A stretch of 62,570 bases of DNA, the filler included. It is 6 parts of 6 records of this genome, joined end to end, with 100 filler letters (N's around TTAATTAATTAA, not from the genome) between each part and the next. Parts side by side here need not be neighbours in the genome. Positions count along the whole stretch, not along the records: positions 8,921 to 35,942 come from SRR31156797_6542; positions 36,043 to 44,265 come from SRR31156797_6549; 4 more parts are not named here. One strand, 5' to 3'. The notes under the pieces were generated by a model. It was not told where the DNA came from. It saw only the letters and a program-made list of their open reading frames with translations, and did no database searches. Both the position numbers and the translations under genes were made by a program. This document shows, in pieces, positions 31,136 through 42,028 of this stretch (positions are counted from its first letter, which is position 1; each line of letters starts with the position of its first letter).

Positions 31136-32206
31136 ATGAAAAAGCTATTATTAGTAATGCTAGCGTTAGTACTTGTATTCTCATTTACAGCATGTAGTGA
31201 AAAGGCTGACAATGGTAAAGGCTATGTTGGTATCTCAATGCCTACGCAATCATCAGAGCGTTGGATTGGTGACGGCAACAACATGAAGGAAATTCTTGAA
31301 GAAAAAGGTTACACAGTAGACTTGCAATATGCAGAAGATGATATTCAAGCTCAAAAATCACAAATCGAAAACATGATAACAAAAGGTGCTGACGTTTTAG
31401 TTATCGCTGCTGTTGACGGATCAACTTTATCAGCTACACTAGACCAAGCTGCCGAAGAAGGCGTAAAAGTTATCGCATATGACCGTTTGTTGGTTGACAC
31501 AGAAGCAGTTAGCTACTATGCAACATTCGACAACTTCCTAGTTGGTGTACAACAAGCTACATCATTAGTTGAAGGTATAAAAGCAGCTGGCGAAGGTCCA
31601 TATAATGTAGAATTATTCGCAGGCTCACCTGACGATACAAACTCATTCTACTTCTTCAATGGTGCAATGAGTGTTCTGCAGCCATTAATCGATTCTGGTG
31701 AAATATCAGTTCCATCAGGTCAAGTAACGCAGGATGCAGTTGGTACACTTCGTTGGGATGGTGCAGTTGCACAACAACGTATGGACGGTATCTTAGCAGC
31801 TAACTATGCTGACGGCACACCTCTACACGGCGTATTATCACCATATGATGGTATCTCAATCGGTATTTTATCAGCTCTGAAATCATTCGGATTTGTACCA
31901 GGTGAAAACCTACCAGTAGTAACTGGTCAAGATGCTGAGGTTGCTTCAGTTAAATCAATGATTGCTGGCGAGCAGTATTCTACAATCTTTAAAGATACTA
32001 GAACATTAGCAAAAGTTGCAGCAGGCATGGTTGACGCAGTTCTAGCAGGTGAAGAACCAGAAATCAACGACACAGAAACATACAACAACAATGTTAAGAT
32101 AGTTCCATCATACCTATGCGAACCTTTAACAGTTACAGTTGACAACTACGAAGAATTATTGATTGACTCAGGTTACCATTCAAAGGCAGATTTAGGCTTA
32201 GAATAG
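31136..32206 (+). CDS. chvE: Multiple-monosaccharide ABC substrate-binding lipoprotein
   Basis: [37 protein letters not shown] and TGQDAE motifs; lipobox FTAC. Confidence 0.92.
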   Translation: MKKLLLVMLALVLVFSFTACSEKADNGKGYVGISMPTQSSERWIGDGNNMKEILEEKGYTVDLQYAEDDIQAQKSQIENMITKGADVLVIAAVDGSTLSATLDQAAEEGVKVIAYDRLLVDTEAVSYYATFDNFLVGVQQATSLVEGIKAAGEGPYNVELFAGSPDDTNSFYFFNGAMSVLQPLIDSGEISVPSGQVTQDAVGTLRWDGAVAQQRMDGILAANYADGTPLHGVLSPYDGISIGILSALKSFGFVPGENLPVVTGQDAEVASVKSMIAGEQYSTIFKDTRTLAKVAAGMVDAVLAGEEPEINDTETYNNNVKIVPSYLCEPLTVTVDNYEELLIDSGYHSKADLGLE

Positions 32207-32237
32207 TAAAAAGTAGTAATAATCAAATTGACTAGTA

Positions 32238-32269
32238 TAATCGGTCAGTGTTTTGACGCTGACCGATTA
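32238..32269 (+). other. Stem-loop between chvE and gguA (probable mRNA stabiliser)
   Basis: TAATCGGTCAGTGT-TTTG-ACGCTGACCGATTA, with no U-tract. Confidence 0.7.
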
Positions 32270-32292
32270 GAATATAGCGGAAAGATAGAGGT

Positions 32293-33843
32293 ATGGCTAT
32301 GTCAGAATTTATTCTTGAAATGAAAAACATTACAAAAGTCTTCCCTGGCGTGAAGGCTTTGGATAATGTCAGCTTTCAGGTAAAGAAAAACCACATACAT
32401 GCATTGGTAGGAGAGAATGGTGCAGGCAAGTCTACACTTATGAATGTACTTAGCGGAGTATATTCACATGGAACTTATGAAGGTGATATAATAGTTGAGG
32501 GTGAAGTGTGTAAGTTTAGAAGTATTTCTGATAGTGAAAATAAAAATATAGCTATCATTCACCAGGAACTAGCATTGATACCAAGCTTATCTATTGCTGA
32601 AAATGTATTTTTGGGTAATGAAAGAGCAAACAATAAAATAATTGATTGGTATTTAACTAAGACAAAGACATTAGAAATGTTTGAGAAAGTTGGTCTGAAA
32701 GAAGATCCTGAAACATTGATTAAAGATATAAGTATTGGTAAACAGCAATTAGTTGAAATAATAAAGGCCCTTGCTAAGGATGTTAAGATATTGATTCTTG
32801 ATGAGCCTACAGCAGCATTGAATGAAAAAGATTCAAATCACTTATTAGATTTGTTAGTGGATTTGAAGGAAAATCACGATATAACAAGTATTATTATTTC
32901 TCATAAGCTCAATGAAGTAACAGCTATCTCTGATGAAATCACTGTTATTCGTGATGGACAGACTATAGAGACTTTGGTACGCGGTAAAGATAAAATAACA
33001 GAATCACGTATTATAAAAGGAATGGTTGGCAGAGAAATAACTGATAGATTTCCAAAAAGAGAGCGCAAGATTGGTGAGATTACTTTTAAAGTATCTAATT
33101 GGAATGCATATGATCCGCTTGATGCTGATAAAAAGATTTTATCAGATATTAATATTAACGTTCGCAGCGGTGAAGTAGTTGGTATTGCTGGTCTTATGGG
33201 GGCTGGAAGAACAGAATTTGCTATGAGTGTGTTCGGTAAATCCTATGGTCACAAAATCTCTGGTACTATTGAGAAAGATGGTAAAGAGATTCAGCTGCAT
33301 AGTGTAGCAGATGCTATTGACAATGGCATTGTATATACTACTGAGGACAGAAAAGGTTCAGGACTCATATTGATACAGGATGTAAAGAGAAATATATCAC
33401 TTGCATCTTTAAAGAAATTGACAAAAAACAGAGTTTTAGATATGAACAAAGAGGTAAATGTAGGCTTAGAATATAAAGAAAAGCTAAACATCAAAACCCC
33501 GAGCATAGAAAACAAGGTTAGCAGCCTTTCAGGTGGTAACCAGCAAAAAGTAGTTTTTAGTAAATGGATATATGCAGATCCTGATGTATTGATACTGGAT
33601 GAGCCTACAAGGGGAATTGATGTTGGTGCAAAATATGAAATATACAGCATTATTAATGAATTGGCTTCAAACGGTAAATCAGTTATTATGATTTCGTCTG
33701 AACTACCAGAGATTCTTGGCATGTGTGACAGAATATATGTTATGAACGAAGGCAGAATGGTAGGAGAAATGGAAGGAAAAGATGCCTCACAGGAGAGCAT
33801 AATGCATTGTATAATGGAGAGTAATAGGGAGGTAGCGCAATGA
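32293..33843 (+). CDS. gguA: Multiple-monosaccharide ABC ATP-binding protein
   Basis: [35 protein letters not shown] and [11 protein letters not shown] motifs; lies between chvE and the permease. Confidence 0.9.
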   Translation: MAMSEFILEMKNITKVFPGVKALDNVSFQVKKNHIHALVGENGAGKSTLMNVLSGVYSHGTYEGDIIVEGEVCKFRSISDSENKNIAIIHQELALIPSLSIAENVFLGNERANNKIIDWYLTKTKTLEMFEKVGLKEDPETLIKDISIGKQQLVEIIKALAKDVKILILDEPTAALNEKDSNHLLDLLVDLKENHDITSIIISHKLNEVTAISDEITVIRDGQTIETLVRGKDKITESRIIKGMVGREITDRFPKRERKIGEITFKVSNWNAYDPLDADKKILSDININVRSGEVVGIAGLMGAGRTEFAMSVFGKSYGHKISGTIEKDGKEIQLHSVADAIDNGIVYTTEDRKGSGLILIQDVKRNISLASLKKLTKNRVLDMNKEVNVGLEYKEKLNIKTPSIENKVSSLSGGNQQKVVFSKWIYADPDVLILDEPTRGIDVGAKYEIYSIINELASNGKSVIMISSELPEILGMCDRIYVMNEGRMVGEMEGKDASQESIMHCIMESNREVAQ

Positions 33844-35021
33844 ACAACAACTTGAAGAAAATACTAAGAGGCAATATTCGTCAGTACGCAATGTTGATTG
33901 CCTTGGTAGCAGTAATTATATTTTTCCAAATAACGACAAAAGGCATTTTGCTGAAGCCGCTGAATATATCCAATCTTATTCAGCAAAACGCATATGTTCT
34001 TATACTAGCAACTGGTATGCTTTTGTGCATACTGACATGCGGTAACATTGATTTATCTGTTGGATCAGTAGTTGGCTTCGTAGGCGGTATTACAGCTATA
34101 CTTATTATTAATAAAGGTATGAATGTTGGCTTGGCAATAGCAATAGGTTTGGCTATTGGTGCATTAATTGGAGCATGGCAGGGATTTTGGATAGCGTATG
34201 CTGGTATACCTGCTTTTATTGTAACTTTGGCAGGTATGCTTATATTCCGTGGTCTGACAATGGTTATTCTACAGGGCAAATCAGTAGCTCCATTGCCATC
34301 TAATTACACATTTTTAGCAGCTGGCTTTATTCCTGACATTGCAGAGATTACTTTGTTTGGTCATTCCATAAATCTATTAGCAATACTTGCTGGGTTGGTA
34401 GCTAGTGCATTAATTATAGTTGCTGAAATTATTAATAGAAGAAATAAGATTAAATACAATTTCCACGTTATGAGCAAAGGATTTTCTGTAGCAAAAGTCA
34501 TTGTTGTGTGCTTGGTTGTTAATGCATTTACATATTCATTAGCTTTATACAGAGGATTGCCAACAGTTCTTATACTTGTTGTTGTCTTGGTTTTGATATA
34601 TTCATTTATAACTACAAAAACTATACCCGGCAGACATATCTATGCATATGGTGGTAATCCTAGAGCAGCTGAGTTATCAGGTGTTAAGACAAAGAAAGTT
34701 CTTTTTTGGGTATATGTAAACATGGGCCTATTATCAGCTTTAGCTGGTATTGTATTTACTGGCAGGTTGAATTCTGCTACACCAAAAGCTGGTAATGGAT
34801 TTGAACTTGATGCTATTGGCTCCTGCTTTATCGGTGGTGCTTCTACAACAGGCGGTGTAGGTACAGTCGTTGGTGCAATTATTGGCGGATTATTAATGGG
34901 TGTACTAAATAATGGTATGTCTATTGTAGGTGTTAGTATAGACTGGCAGCAGGCAATAAAAGGCTTTGTTCTATTGGCAGCGGTAGCTTTTGATGTATAT
35001 TCAAAATCAAGAAGTAAATAG
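33840..35021 (+). CDS. gguB: Multiple-monosaccharide ABC permease
   Basis: [20 protein letters not shown] and [14 protein letters not shown] motifs; ATGA overlap with gguA. Confidence 0.9.
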   Translation: MNNNLKKILRGNIRQYAMLIALVAVIIFFQITTKGILLKPLNISNLIQQNAYVLILATGMLLCILTCGNIDLSVGSVVGFVGGITAILIINKGMNVGLAIAIGLAIGALIGAWQGFWIAYAGIPAFIVTLAGMLIFRGLTMVILQGKSVAPLPSNYTFLAAGFIPDIAEITLFGHSINLLAILAGLVASALIIVAEIINRRNKIKYNFHVMSKGFSVAKVIVVCLVVNAFTYSLALYRGLPTVLILVVVLVLIYSFITTKTIPGRHIYAYGGNPRAAELSGVKTKKVLFWVYVNMGLLSALAGIVFTGRLNSATPKAGNGFELDAIGSCFIGGASTTGGVGTVVGAIIGGLLMGVLNNGMSIVGVSIDWQQAIKGFVLLAAVAFDVYSKSRSK

Positions 35022-35185
35022 TATTATATTAATTATATGAATTCAGCCTTTATGGCTGTTTTCATTATCTTCATTAATTTGTTACATTAAATTTTTATTG
35101 ATAAGTGTTATAATATACTATGCAGAGCAGATAGTATCCGAAAGGGCGGTATTCTCTGCTGTAGAATATGAAGGATGGTGAACGT

Positions 35186-35942
35186 ATGGAGAATAAAAGA
35201 AAAGCAATCCAAGCAAATGATACATATTTAGGTATAGAATTTGGTTCTACCAGAATAAAAGCAGTACTTATAGATAATAACTATAATGTCCTAGCAACTG
35301 GCAGCCATACTTGGGAGAACAAGCTGGTTGATGGTATATGGACGTATTCATTAGATTCTATATGGTCTGGATTGCGTGACTGCTACACTGATTTGAATAA
35401 TGATGTGCAGAGTAAATACGGTATAGCAATAGAAACTGTAGGCGCAATGGGAATATCAGCAATGATGCATGGATATATGGCATTTGATAGTGAAGACAAT
35501 CTGCTTACTCCATTCCGTACATGGCGTAACACTATTACTAGCGAAGCAGCCAGAAAGCTTACAGAACTATTTAACTTTAATATTCCACAGCGTTGGAGTA
35601 TAGCACATCTGTATCAGACTGTTTTAAATGGTGAAGAACATGTGGAGAAGATAAACTATCTGACCACTTTGGCAGGATATATCCATTGGCAGCTAACAGG
35701 AGAGAGAGTTCTCGGTGTTGGAGATGCCTCAGGTATGTTCCCAATAGATGATAATACCAGAAAATATAATAGTAGCATGATAGATAAATATAAGGGATTA
35801 ACCAATATTAATCTTGATGAAATTTTACCAACAGTATTATCAGCGGGTGATAAAGCAGGAAAGCTGACTGAAAAAGGAACAAAGCTCTTGGATTCATCTG
35901 GTAAATTGCAATCAGGTATACCAATGTGCCCTCCTGAAGGAG
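35186..35942 (+). CDS. FGGY carbohydrate kinase (L-ribulokinase/xylulokinase-like), 3'-truncated
   Basis: [30 protein letters not shown] and GDASGMFP motifs; extended -10 TGTTATAAT at 35106-35114. Confidence 0.88.
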
Positions 35943-36042
35943 NNNNNNNNNNNNNNNNNNNNNNNNNNNNNNNNNNNNNNNNNNNNTTAATTAATTAANN
36001 NNNNNNNNNNNNNNNNNNNNNNNNNNNNNNNNNNNNNNNNNN
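35943..36042. other. Artificial contig linker
   Basis: N44-TTAATTAATTAA-N44. Confidence 0.98.
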
Positions 36043-36088
36043 ATCTTGCTCCCAAAGCAAGCGCGCTACCAGACTGCGCCATGCCCCG
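36043..36088 (-). tRNA. tRNA-Pro(TGG), 5' part only (truncated by the contig end)
   Basis: Reverse complement CGGGGCATGGCGCAGTCTGGTAGCGCG-CTTGC-TTTGGGA-GCAAG-AT gives the acceptor strand, D-arm and anticodon arm with TGG. Confidence 0.9.
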
Positions 36089-36109
36089 ATTTGCTGTGTG
36101 CAGAAAGGG

Positions 36110-36138
36110 TGTTTACGTGGATTGGGTCTGCTTGGCAA
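36110..36138 (-). promoter_or_regulatory. Sigma70-type promoter of tRNA-Pro
   Basis: TTGCCA-N17-TAAACA on the minus strand, about 20 nt upstream of the tRNA. Confidence 0.55.
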
Positions 36139-36199
36139 GAACTAAATGTAATTTTTTTTAATTTTCTTTGCCGTAAGCTTTGTGTTATTATTTAACTGC

Positions 36200-37213
36200 T
36201 TAAAATACCCCGTTAATTTTGCATCCGCAGTACTTGCACATGCCGTCGGCGAGGCCGGTATTGGTCATTTCAAAGCCGAATCTTTTGATCAGTTCTTTGT
36301 GGCAATCCGGGCAGAAGGTGGATGAATTGTCGTTGCCCGGAACATTGCCGATATAGACGTATTCCAGTCCCGCAGTGGTACCAGCCTTTCTTGCTCTTTG
36401 CAGGGCTTCCATAGGAGTAACCGGGCAATCCTGCATTTTGTAATCAGGGTGGAAACGGGAAATATGCCACGGAACTTCTTTGCCCAGTTCATTGGCGATG
36501 AATGTGGCCATTTCTTTCAATTCTTCCGGGGAATCGTTTTTTCCGGGAATGAGCAGGGTGGTTACCTCTATCCACCAGCCGTTTTTCTTCATGTGCTTGA
36601 GGCTGTCGAGGACCGGATTAAGGCGTCCCCCGCAGGTGTTCCGGTAGAAGTCGTCATTGAAGGCTTTGAGATCGATGTTGGCGGCATCGATCAGTCCGGT
36701 GAGTTCTTCAATACAATCCGGGCTTTGGAAGCCGTTGGAAACCATAATGTTTTTGAGCCCCTTAGTGTGTGCAAGGCGGGCAGTATCCTGCATCAGTTCG
36801 AAAAAGATGGTCGGCTCGGAATAGGTGTAGGATATGGAATCGCATTTGTGGGCGATGGTCGCTTCCACAAGAAGCTCCGGGGTTACTTTTTGCCCGGTTA
36901 TTTCCCGCCCAGTTTTTGGGTGCTGGGAAAGGGAGGCATTCTGGCAGAATGTGCAGCCGAAATTGCAGCCCTGCGTACCCAGCGAAAATGTTTCGGTTCC
37001 GGGCAGGAAATGGTAGAGCGGCTTTTTTTCCACCGGGTCCACATTGAGTGCGGCCACCAGTTCATAGGTGCGGGTCATGAGCTGGCCGTCAACATTTTGC
37101 CGCACCCCGCATTTGCCGTGTCCGTTTTCGTCAATAATGCAAAAGTGGCTACATAACCGGCATTGGACCTTGTCGTCCTTGAGTGATTTCCAGAGTCTGG
37201 CGGGATGAAGCAT
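36200..37213 (-). CDS. amrS: AmmeMemoRadiSam system radical SAM enzyme
   Basis: N-terminal CRLCSHFC...CGVR, DPVEKKPLYHF, CNFGCTFC, YTYSEP, WHISRFHP and C-terminal CPDC...CKYC. Confidence 0.93.
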   Translation of the reverse strand: MLHPARLWKSLKDDKVQCRLCSHFCIIDENGHGKCGVRQNVDGQLMTRTYELVAALNVDPVEKKPLYHFLPGTETFSLGTQGCNFGCTFCQNASLSQHPKTGREITGQKVTPELLVEATIAHKCDSISYTYSEPTIFFELMQDTARLAHTKGLKNIMVSNGFQSPDCIEELTGLIDAANIDLKAFNDDFYRNTCGGRLNPVLDSLKHMKKNGWWIEVTTLLIPGKNDSPEELKEMATFIANELGKEVPWHISRFHPDYKMQDCPVTPMEALQRARKAGTTAGLEYVYIGNVPGNDNSSTFCPDCHKELIKRFGFEMTNTGLADGMCKYCGCKINGVF

Positions 37214-37234
37214 GCTTTTCCTTGTATGTTTTAA

Positions 37235-37504
37235 CTACGGCTTGATTTCAGGAACAACGAAGATGGGGCCGACCTGTGTGTCTTCCTTTTTCTTGTTATC
37301 TTCTTTGGGTGAGATACGTATTGTATTGGAATTATTGTCTGATTGAATTGTGATCTGGCTTTTGTTGCCGCCTCCGGTACCCATGCGGATAGGTTTTCGG
37401 TCCTTGGCCGTATCCTTGTTAATGAACTTGGTTCCTGCTATGGCGTTGCCGCACAGGAGCAGTCCCAGAATAATAAAAGCGCTGAGTAAAGTTTTCTTGT
37501 ACAT
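37235..37504 (-). CDS. Small secreted hypothetical protein (89 aa)
   Basis: GGAG RBS before ATG 37504; signal peptide MYKKTLLSAFIILGLLLCGNAIA; ends GPIFVVPEIKP. Confidence 0.7.
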   Translation of the reverse strand: MYKKTLLSAFIILGLLLCGNAIAGTKFINKDTAKDRKPIRMGTGGGNKSQITIQSDNNSNTIRISPKEDNKKKEDTQVGPIFVVPEIKP

Positions 37505-37664
37505 GGTTTTTCTCCGTGGCATAGTATAAACTCTTATTTGGTCCTGTGCAAACAATGGACCTTTTTCTTTTCCCGGCAGCGGGAAATGGGTGATGTTGTT
37601 CCTTGAACTTATGCGGGATTCAGCATATACAGTCCGTTCTTAGAGACTGTTAGGAGAAATTAAT

Positions 37665-38711
37665 ATGGCAAGTCGTTCTGATGCATATAAGGCCGCCGGT
37701 GTTGATATCGATGCGGCTAATGATTTTATTGGTCGCATTAAAGGTATGGTGGGTTCCACCTTTACCAAGGGTGTGGTCACTGATATTGGCGGGTTCGGCG
37801 GGCTGTTCAAGCTTGACCTTACTCAGATGGAAGAGCCCGTGCTGGTGGCAGGTGCCGACGGCGTGGGAACCAAGCTTAAATTAGCTTTTGCCGTAAACAA
37901 GCACGATACCATCGGTATCGACCTTGTGGCTATGAGCGTAAACGATATTCTCGTTCAGGGTGCAAAACCTCTGTTCTTCCTCGACTACTTTGCAACCGGC
38001 AAGCTTGAGTCCGGCGTGGCTGAAGAAGTGATTGCAGGTGTTGTGGAAGGCTGTAAGCTGTCCGGCTGTGCGCTGCTCGGCGGTGAGACCGCTGAAATGC
38101 CCGGCTTCTATGCTGACGGTGAGTATGACCTTTCCGGTTTCTGTGTAGGTATGGTGGATAACACCAAGATCGTAGACGGTTCCTCCATTACTATTGGGGA
38201 TTCCATCATCGGTCTGGAATCTTCCGGTATCCATTCCAACGGTTACTCTCTGGTGCGTAAGATTTTTGATGAGTCCGGCCTTAAGGCTGATGACCTGCTT
38301 CCCGGCACTGATCGGGAAATCGGTGAAGCCCTGCTGGCTCCCACCAGAATCTACGTTGATGCGGTTCACAATCTTTCCCGTGATATTGAAATCAAGGGCA
38401 TGGTTCATGTTACCGGCGGTGGTTTTTACGATAACGTACCCCGCATCCTGCCTAAGCAGGTTACCGCTGAAATCGACTTTAATTCATGGGAAGTTTCTCC
38501 CGTGTTCAACTGGCTTAAGGAACAGGGCGATCTCAGCTGGCCTGAAATGCTGCAGATTTTCAACACCGGTATCGGTTACATCCTCGTTGTAGCCAAAGAC
38601 CGTGAAGAAGATGTGCTCAACAGATTGGCCGGAATGAAGCTCAACTCATGGAAGATCGGTGAAATTACCGCCCGTGACGGAGATTCCGAGCAGGTTAAAG
38701 TTAATTTCTAG
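37665..38711 (+). CDS. purM: Phosphoribosylformylglycinamidine cyclo-ligase (AIR synthetase)
   Basis: YKAAGVDI, GGFGG, DGVGTK, GGETAEMPG, HSNGYSL and HVTGGG motifs. Confidence 0.98.
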   Translation: MASRSDAYKAAGVDIDAANDFIGRIKGMVGSTFTKGVVTDIGGFGGLFKLDLTQMEEPVLVAGADGVGTKLKLAFAVNKHDTIGIDLVAMSVNDILVQGAKPLFFLDYFATGKLESGVAEEVIAGVVEGCKLSGCALLGGETAEMPGFYADGEYDLSGFCVGMVDNTKIVDGSSITIGDSIIGLESSGIHSNGYSLVRKIFDESGLKADDLLPGTDREIGEALLAPTRIYVDAVHNLSRDIEIKGMVHVTGGGFYDNVPRILPKQVTAEIDFNSWEVSPVFNWLKEQGDLSWPEMLQIFNTGIGYILVVAKDREEDVLNRLAGMKLNSWKIGEITARDGDSEQVKVNF

Positions 38712-38732
38712 TTTTTTGATAGATTGATTTTT

Positions 38733-38766
38733 AAAGCCCCCGGAACATTTGTTCCGGGGGCTTTTT
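38733..38766. terminator. Bidirectional intrinsic terminator between purM and the Sel1 gene
   Basis: AAAGCCCCCGGAACA-TT-TGTTCCGGGGGCTTTTT between convergent genes. Confidence 0.88.
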
Positions 38767-38791
38767 CTATTCCATCGTCATCAAGATATAA

Positions 38792-39937
38792 TTATTGAAT
38801 CTGGGACGGTTGCCATTTGTCGGTTAGTTCCAGTGCTTTTTGTATTTCTGATTGAGTCATTCTTCTTTTGAGTCTGTCACGGCTATTGGCGGCCGGTTTA
38901 ATTCCTCGGGCGGCTGAAAGGCTGAACCACTTGTATGCCTGAATGTCGTCCTGTGTAACTCCCTGTCCGGTTTCATACATTGAACCGAGGTTATACTGAG
39001 CTTCGGGAATTCCCTGCTGCGCAGCCTTCGAGTACCACTGGGCTGCTCTGACGTGGTCCTGTTTTACCCCCAGCCCGTTGTCAAACATAAGCCCAAGATT
39101 ATACTGAGATAGTGCATAACCTTGTTCTGCGGCAGTTAGGTACCACAGAACCGCATGCGAGTAGTTTTGCGGTACTCCCAAGCCTTCTGCGTACATAAGT
39201 GCCATGTCGTGCTGAGCTTTAGGCAGTCCCTGTTCTGCAGCCTTCATGTACCATTGAGCTGCCTGAGAGTAATTCTGTGGCAAACCTAGACCATGTTCAT
39301 AGAGTCGGCCGAGATTGAGCTGTGCCCCTGCAAAACCCTGTTCCGCTGCCAGACAGTACCATTGGGCTGCAATGGAGTAATCCTGTTTAACCCCCGCCCC
39401 ATTGTCATACAAAAGCCCAAGGTTGTTCTGGGCCATTGCATTACCTTGCTTTGCAGCCTTGCGATACCATGTTGCAGCCTGCTTTAAGTTCTGAGGTGTT
39501 CCCACGCCGTGGGCATACATAATAGCCAGATTGAATTGGGCTATAGCCAGTCCTTGTTCTGCAGCTTTGTGATACCATGATAGGGCAATTTTATAATCCT
39601 GAGTTACTCCCAGTCCATTTTCATACATTGAGCCTAGGTTGTTCTGGGCTTCAGCAAATCCTTGGTTGGCAATAGGAATATATAATTGTAAGGCACGGGC
39701 AAAGTCCTGCTTAACTCCTATGCCATTGGCATACATCATTGCCAGATTATATTGCGCACCAATGTGCCCTTGTTCCCTTGCATTGAGGAATTTTTGGACC
39801 GCAAGTTTGTAGTCTCCCTGCTGGTAGGCTGCGATGCCGTCTTCAAAGTCGGCAGCATCTGAGGGGGTGGGTAAAATTGTAAATATTCCCAGTAAAAACA
39901 GAATCGCACAGAATATAAAATGTATGGGGTTTCTCAT
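38792..39937 (-). CDS. Secreted Sel1-repeat protein (8 repeats of 36 aa)
   Basis: Signal peptide followed by eight AQxNLGxMYxxGxGVxQDxxxAxxWYxxAAxQG-type units. Confidence 0.93.
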   Translation of the reverse strand: MRNPIHFIFCAILFLLGIFTILPTPSDAADFEDGIAAYQQGDYKLAVQKFLNAREQGHIGAQYNLAMMYANGIGVKQDFARALQLYIPIANQGFAEAQNNLGSMYENGLGVTQDYKIALSWYHKAAEQGLAIAQFNLAIMYAHGVGTPQNLKQAATWYRKAAKQGNAMAQNNLGLLYDNGAGVKQDYSIAAQWYCLAAEQGFAGAQLNLGRLYEHGLGLPQNYSQAAQWYMKAAEQGLPKAQHDMALMYAEGLGVPQNYSHAVLWYLTAAEQGYALSQYNLGLMFDNGLGVKQDHVRAAQWYSKAAQQGIPEAQYNLGSMYETGQGVTQDDIQAYKWFSLSAARGIKPAANSRDRLKRRMTQSEIQKALELTDKWQPSQIQ

Positions 39938-39960
39938 ATATACGCCGGGCTTTTTTGGGC

Positions 39961-41439
39961 TTAAGTGCCACAGAATGTTTGATAGACCCGCTCTGTCGAT
40001 TCCGGCGGATTCATGTATTCAGCGTGTTCCGATTGCTCTTCATAAGGATAATGCAGAATCTTGATCAGCTTCTTGGTCGGCTCGAAATCGTCTTCTTCAA
40101 CAGCAGCACTGATAGCCTGCTCAACACGGTGATTGCGGGGTATGAAGGCTGGGTTGCTGCGGTCCATAGTTTGGACAGCTTCATCAATATTTATGTTTTG
40201 TCGGGCCAGCTTTTCTTCCCATTTTTCAAGCCAGTGCATGATCTTCGCTTTATTGCTGAAAAGTTTAAGCAATGGGTCTGCGTTACCCAAGGCGGCTTTG
40301 CCCAGCATCCTGAAGCTGAGGGTAAAGTCTGACTTGGCTTCATTCATGATTTGCAAAAGTTCATTAAGAAGCTCTTGGGACAGTTCATCAGGGCGCAGGC
40401 CGATTTTACTGCACATCTCTATGAAGTAATGTGCCCTGAATTCAGGTCCGAATCCCTGTATTATTTCTTCGGCCTGGGATTTAGCCATATCCTGATCTTT
40501 GTGAATCAGGGGCAGCAGACATCCGGCCAGCCCTGCTAAATTCCATTGGGCAATGGAGGGTTGGCGCGCGTATGCATACCTGCCGTGATGGTCGATGGAA
40601 CTGAATACCGTTGCCGGATCATAGCCGTCCATGAAAGCGCAGGGACCGTAATCAATGGTTTCACCGGAAACAGTGGTATTGTCGGTATTCATGACCCCGT
40701 GAATGAATCCGGTCCGCATCCATTTTGCTACTAACCGCGCTTGAACGGAGCAGACCTTTTCGAGGAATACCGCATAGGGATTGCTCGCTTCTTTAAGCTC
40801 CGGGTAGTGACGATCAATGGCATAGTCAGCCAGTGTTTTCACGGCCTCGTGATCATTACGGGATGCAAAGTATTCAAAGGACCCGATCCTGATATGGCTT
40901 GAGGCTATGCGGGTGAAGACCGCTCCTGGAAGTTCCTGTTCCCGGAATACCTTTTCTCCGCTTGAAACCATGGCAAGGGCACGGGTGGTGGGGATGCCAA
41001 GCCGGAACATAGCCTCGCTGACGATGTATTCACGGATGACCGGACCAAGCGGCGAGCGGCCATCCCCGTTGCGGGAAAACATGGTCTGCCCGGCCCCTTT
41101 GAGTTGGATGTCGTAACGTTGTCCGTTGCTGTTGACGAATTCGCCGAGCAGGACTGCCCGTCCATCACCCAAACGAGGCACGAAATTGCCGAATTGGTGT
41201 CCGGCGTAGACTTGGGCAAGCGGTTCCGATCCGTGGGGCGGTTTGTTTCCTGAGAATAGCTGAGCAAGCTCAGAGTCAGTCTCTGGCAAAGGGAAACCCA
41301 TTTCCCCGGCAAGGCCCCGGTTCACGAGTATGATTCGGGGATTTTTTACCGGGGACGGGGGTATGCGCTGGTAGAATTTGTCATCCAGCCGTGCATAGCT
41401 GTTATCAAAGGGCATGGCCGCTGCTATTTCCGAATCCAT
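39961..41439 (-). CDS. selO: Protein adenylyltransferase SelO/YdiU
   Basis: YAGHQFG, LGDGRA, QLKGAG, GDGR, HGVMNTDN and IDYGP motifs; C-terminus TFCGT. Likely start 41439 or 41415. Confidence 0.95.
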   Translation of the reverse strand: MDSEIAAAMPFDNSYARLDDKFYQRIPPSPVKNPRIILVNRGLAGEMGFPLPETDSELAQLFSGNKPPHGSEPLAQVYAGHQFGNFVPRLGDGRAVLLGEFVNSNGQRYDIQLKGAGQTMFSRNGDGRSPLGPVIREYIVSEAMFRLGIPTTRALAMVSSGEKVFREQELPGAVFTRIASSHIRIGSFEYFASRNDHEAVKTLADYAIDRHYPELKEASNPYAVFLEKVCSVQARLVAKWMRTGFIHGVMNTDNTTVSGETIDYGPCAFMDGYDPATVFSSIDHHGRYAYARQPSIAQWNLAGLAGCLLPLIHKDQDMAKSQAEEIIQGFGPEFRAHYFIEMCSKIGLRPDELSQELLNELLQIMNEAKSDFTLSFRMLGKAALGNADPLLKLFSNKAKIMHWLEKWEEKLARQNINIDEAVQTMDRSNPAFIPRNHRVEQAISAAVEEDDFEPTKKLIKILHYPYEEQSEHAEYMNPPESTERVYQTFCGT

Positions 41440-42011
41440 TTGCCGTTTGCGGTCTGGACAAACCAGCCGGAGGGAGCACGTTCCTGCCATTCTTGAGCAA
41501 AGATGGCCTTGACTTTTTCAAGCTCGCTGCCGGGGATGTTCATGGATGCGGCCACTTCCGAGTAAAGCTGATCGCGGGTGTCATTATCTTGCGAGACAAG
41601 GCGGCGCAGGGCGGCAGTCTGTTTGATATTCAACCCGTCTTTGCTGATTATTTTCAGGTATCCGTCCTTGGTGATGCCGATGTTCCCGGCATTGTAATAG
41701 GGGATTAGTTTTTTGTGGTCGGCGGAGATGGATTGCTTCAGACCACGAATGGCTGAGTTGGATTTTTTTTCTATTTCAGCCTTGCTGACCTGTGCGTGGG
41801 CGGCTTGTGGGGCGATCAGGGCGAGGAAGGTTTCAAGAGCGGACTGGTCATCTTTGTTTTCCTGCTTGGGATCGGTTCCGTAAACATCTTCCACAATATC
41901 TTCGGCAGCCCGTTCAACTTTTGCGGCCGGGAAATATATGTTCACTGTCACACAGGCAACAAAGGAAAGAAGGCTGAGAAAGGTTAAAACCTGCGCGGTT
42001 TTCTTGAGCAT
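41424..42011 (-). CDS. Lipoprotein with a YnbE-like N-terminus and a YdbL/DUF1318-like domain
   Basis: Lipobox FVAC followed by VTVNIYFP; C-terminal IGITKDGYL...DNDTRDQLY...GWFVQTANGKW. Confidence 0.75.
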   Translation of the reverse strand: MLKKTAQVLTFLSLLSFVACVTVNIYFPAAKVERAAEDIVEDVYGTDPKQENKDDQSALETFLALIAPQAAHAQVSKAEIEKKSNSAIRGLKQSISADHKKLIPYYNAGNIGITKDGYLKIISKDGLNIKQTAALRRLVSQDNDTRDQLYSEVAASMNIPGSELEKVKAIFAQEWQERAPSGWFVQTANGKWIRK

Positions 42012-42028
42012 GGTAAACTCCTGTGTTG

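Noticed and set aside
36043..36200. tRNA-anchored genomic island or prophage
   Set aside because: The tRNA 3' end is cut off by the gap, and no integrase or att duplication is visible.
38900..39780. 108-nt periodicity as a possible CRISPR or tandem DNA array
   Set aside because: It is explained by degenerate 36-aa Sel1 protein repeats; there are no identical repeats with spacers.
39961..39990. Selenocysteine at the SelO C-terminus
   Set aside because: It ends ...QTFCGT-TAA, with Cys and no in-frame TGA.
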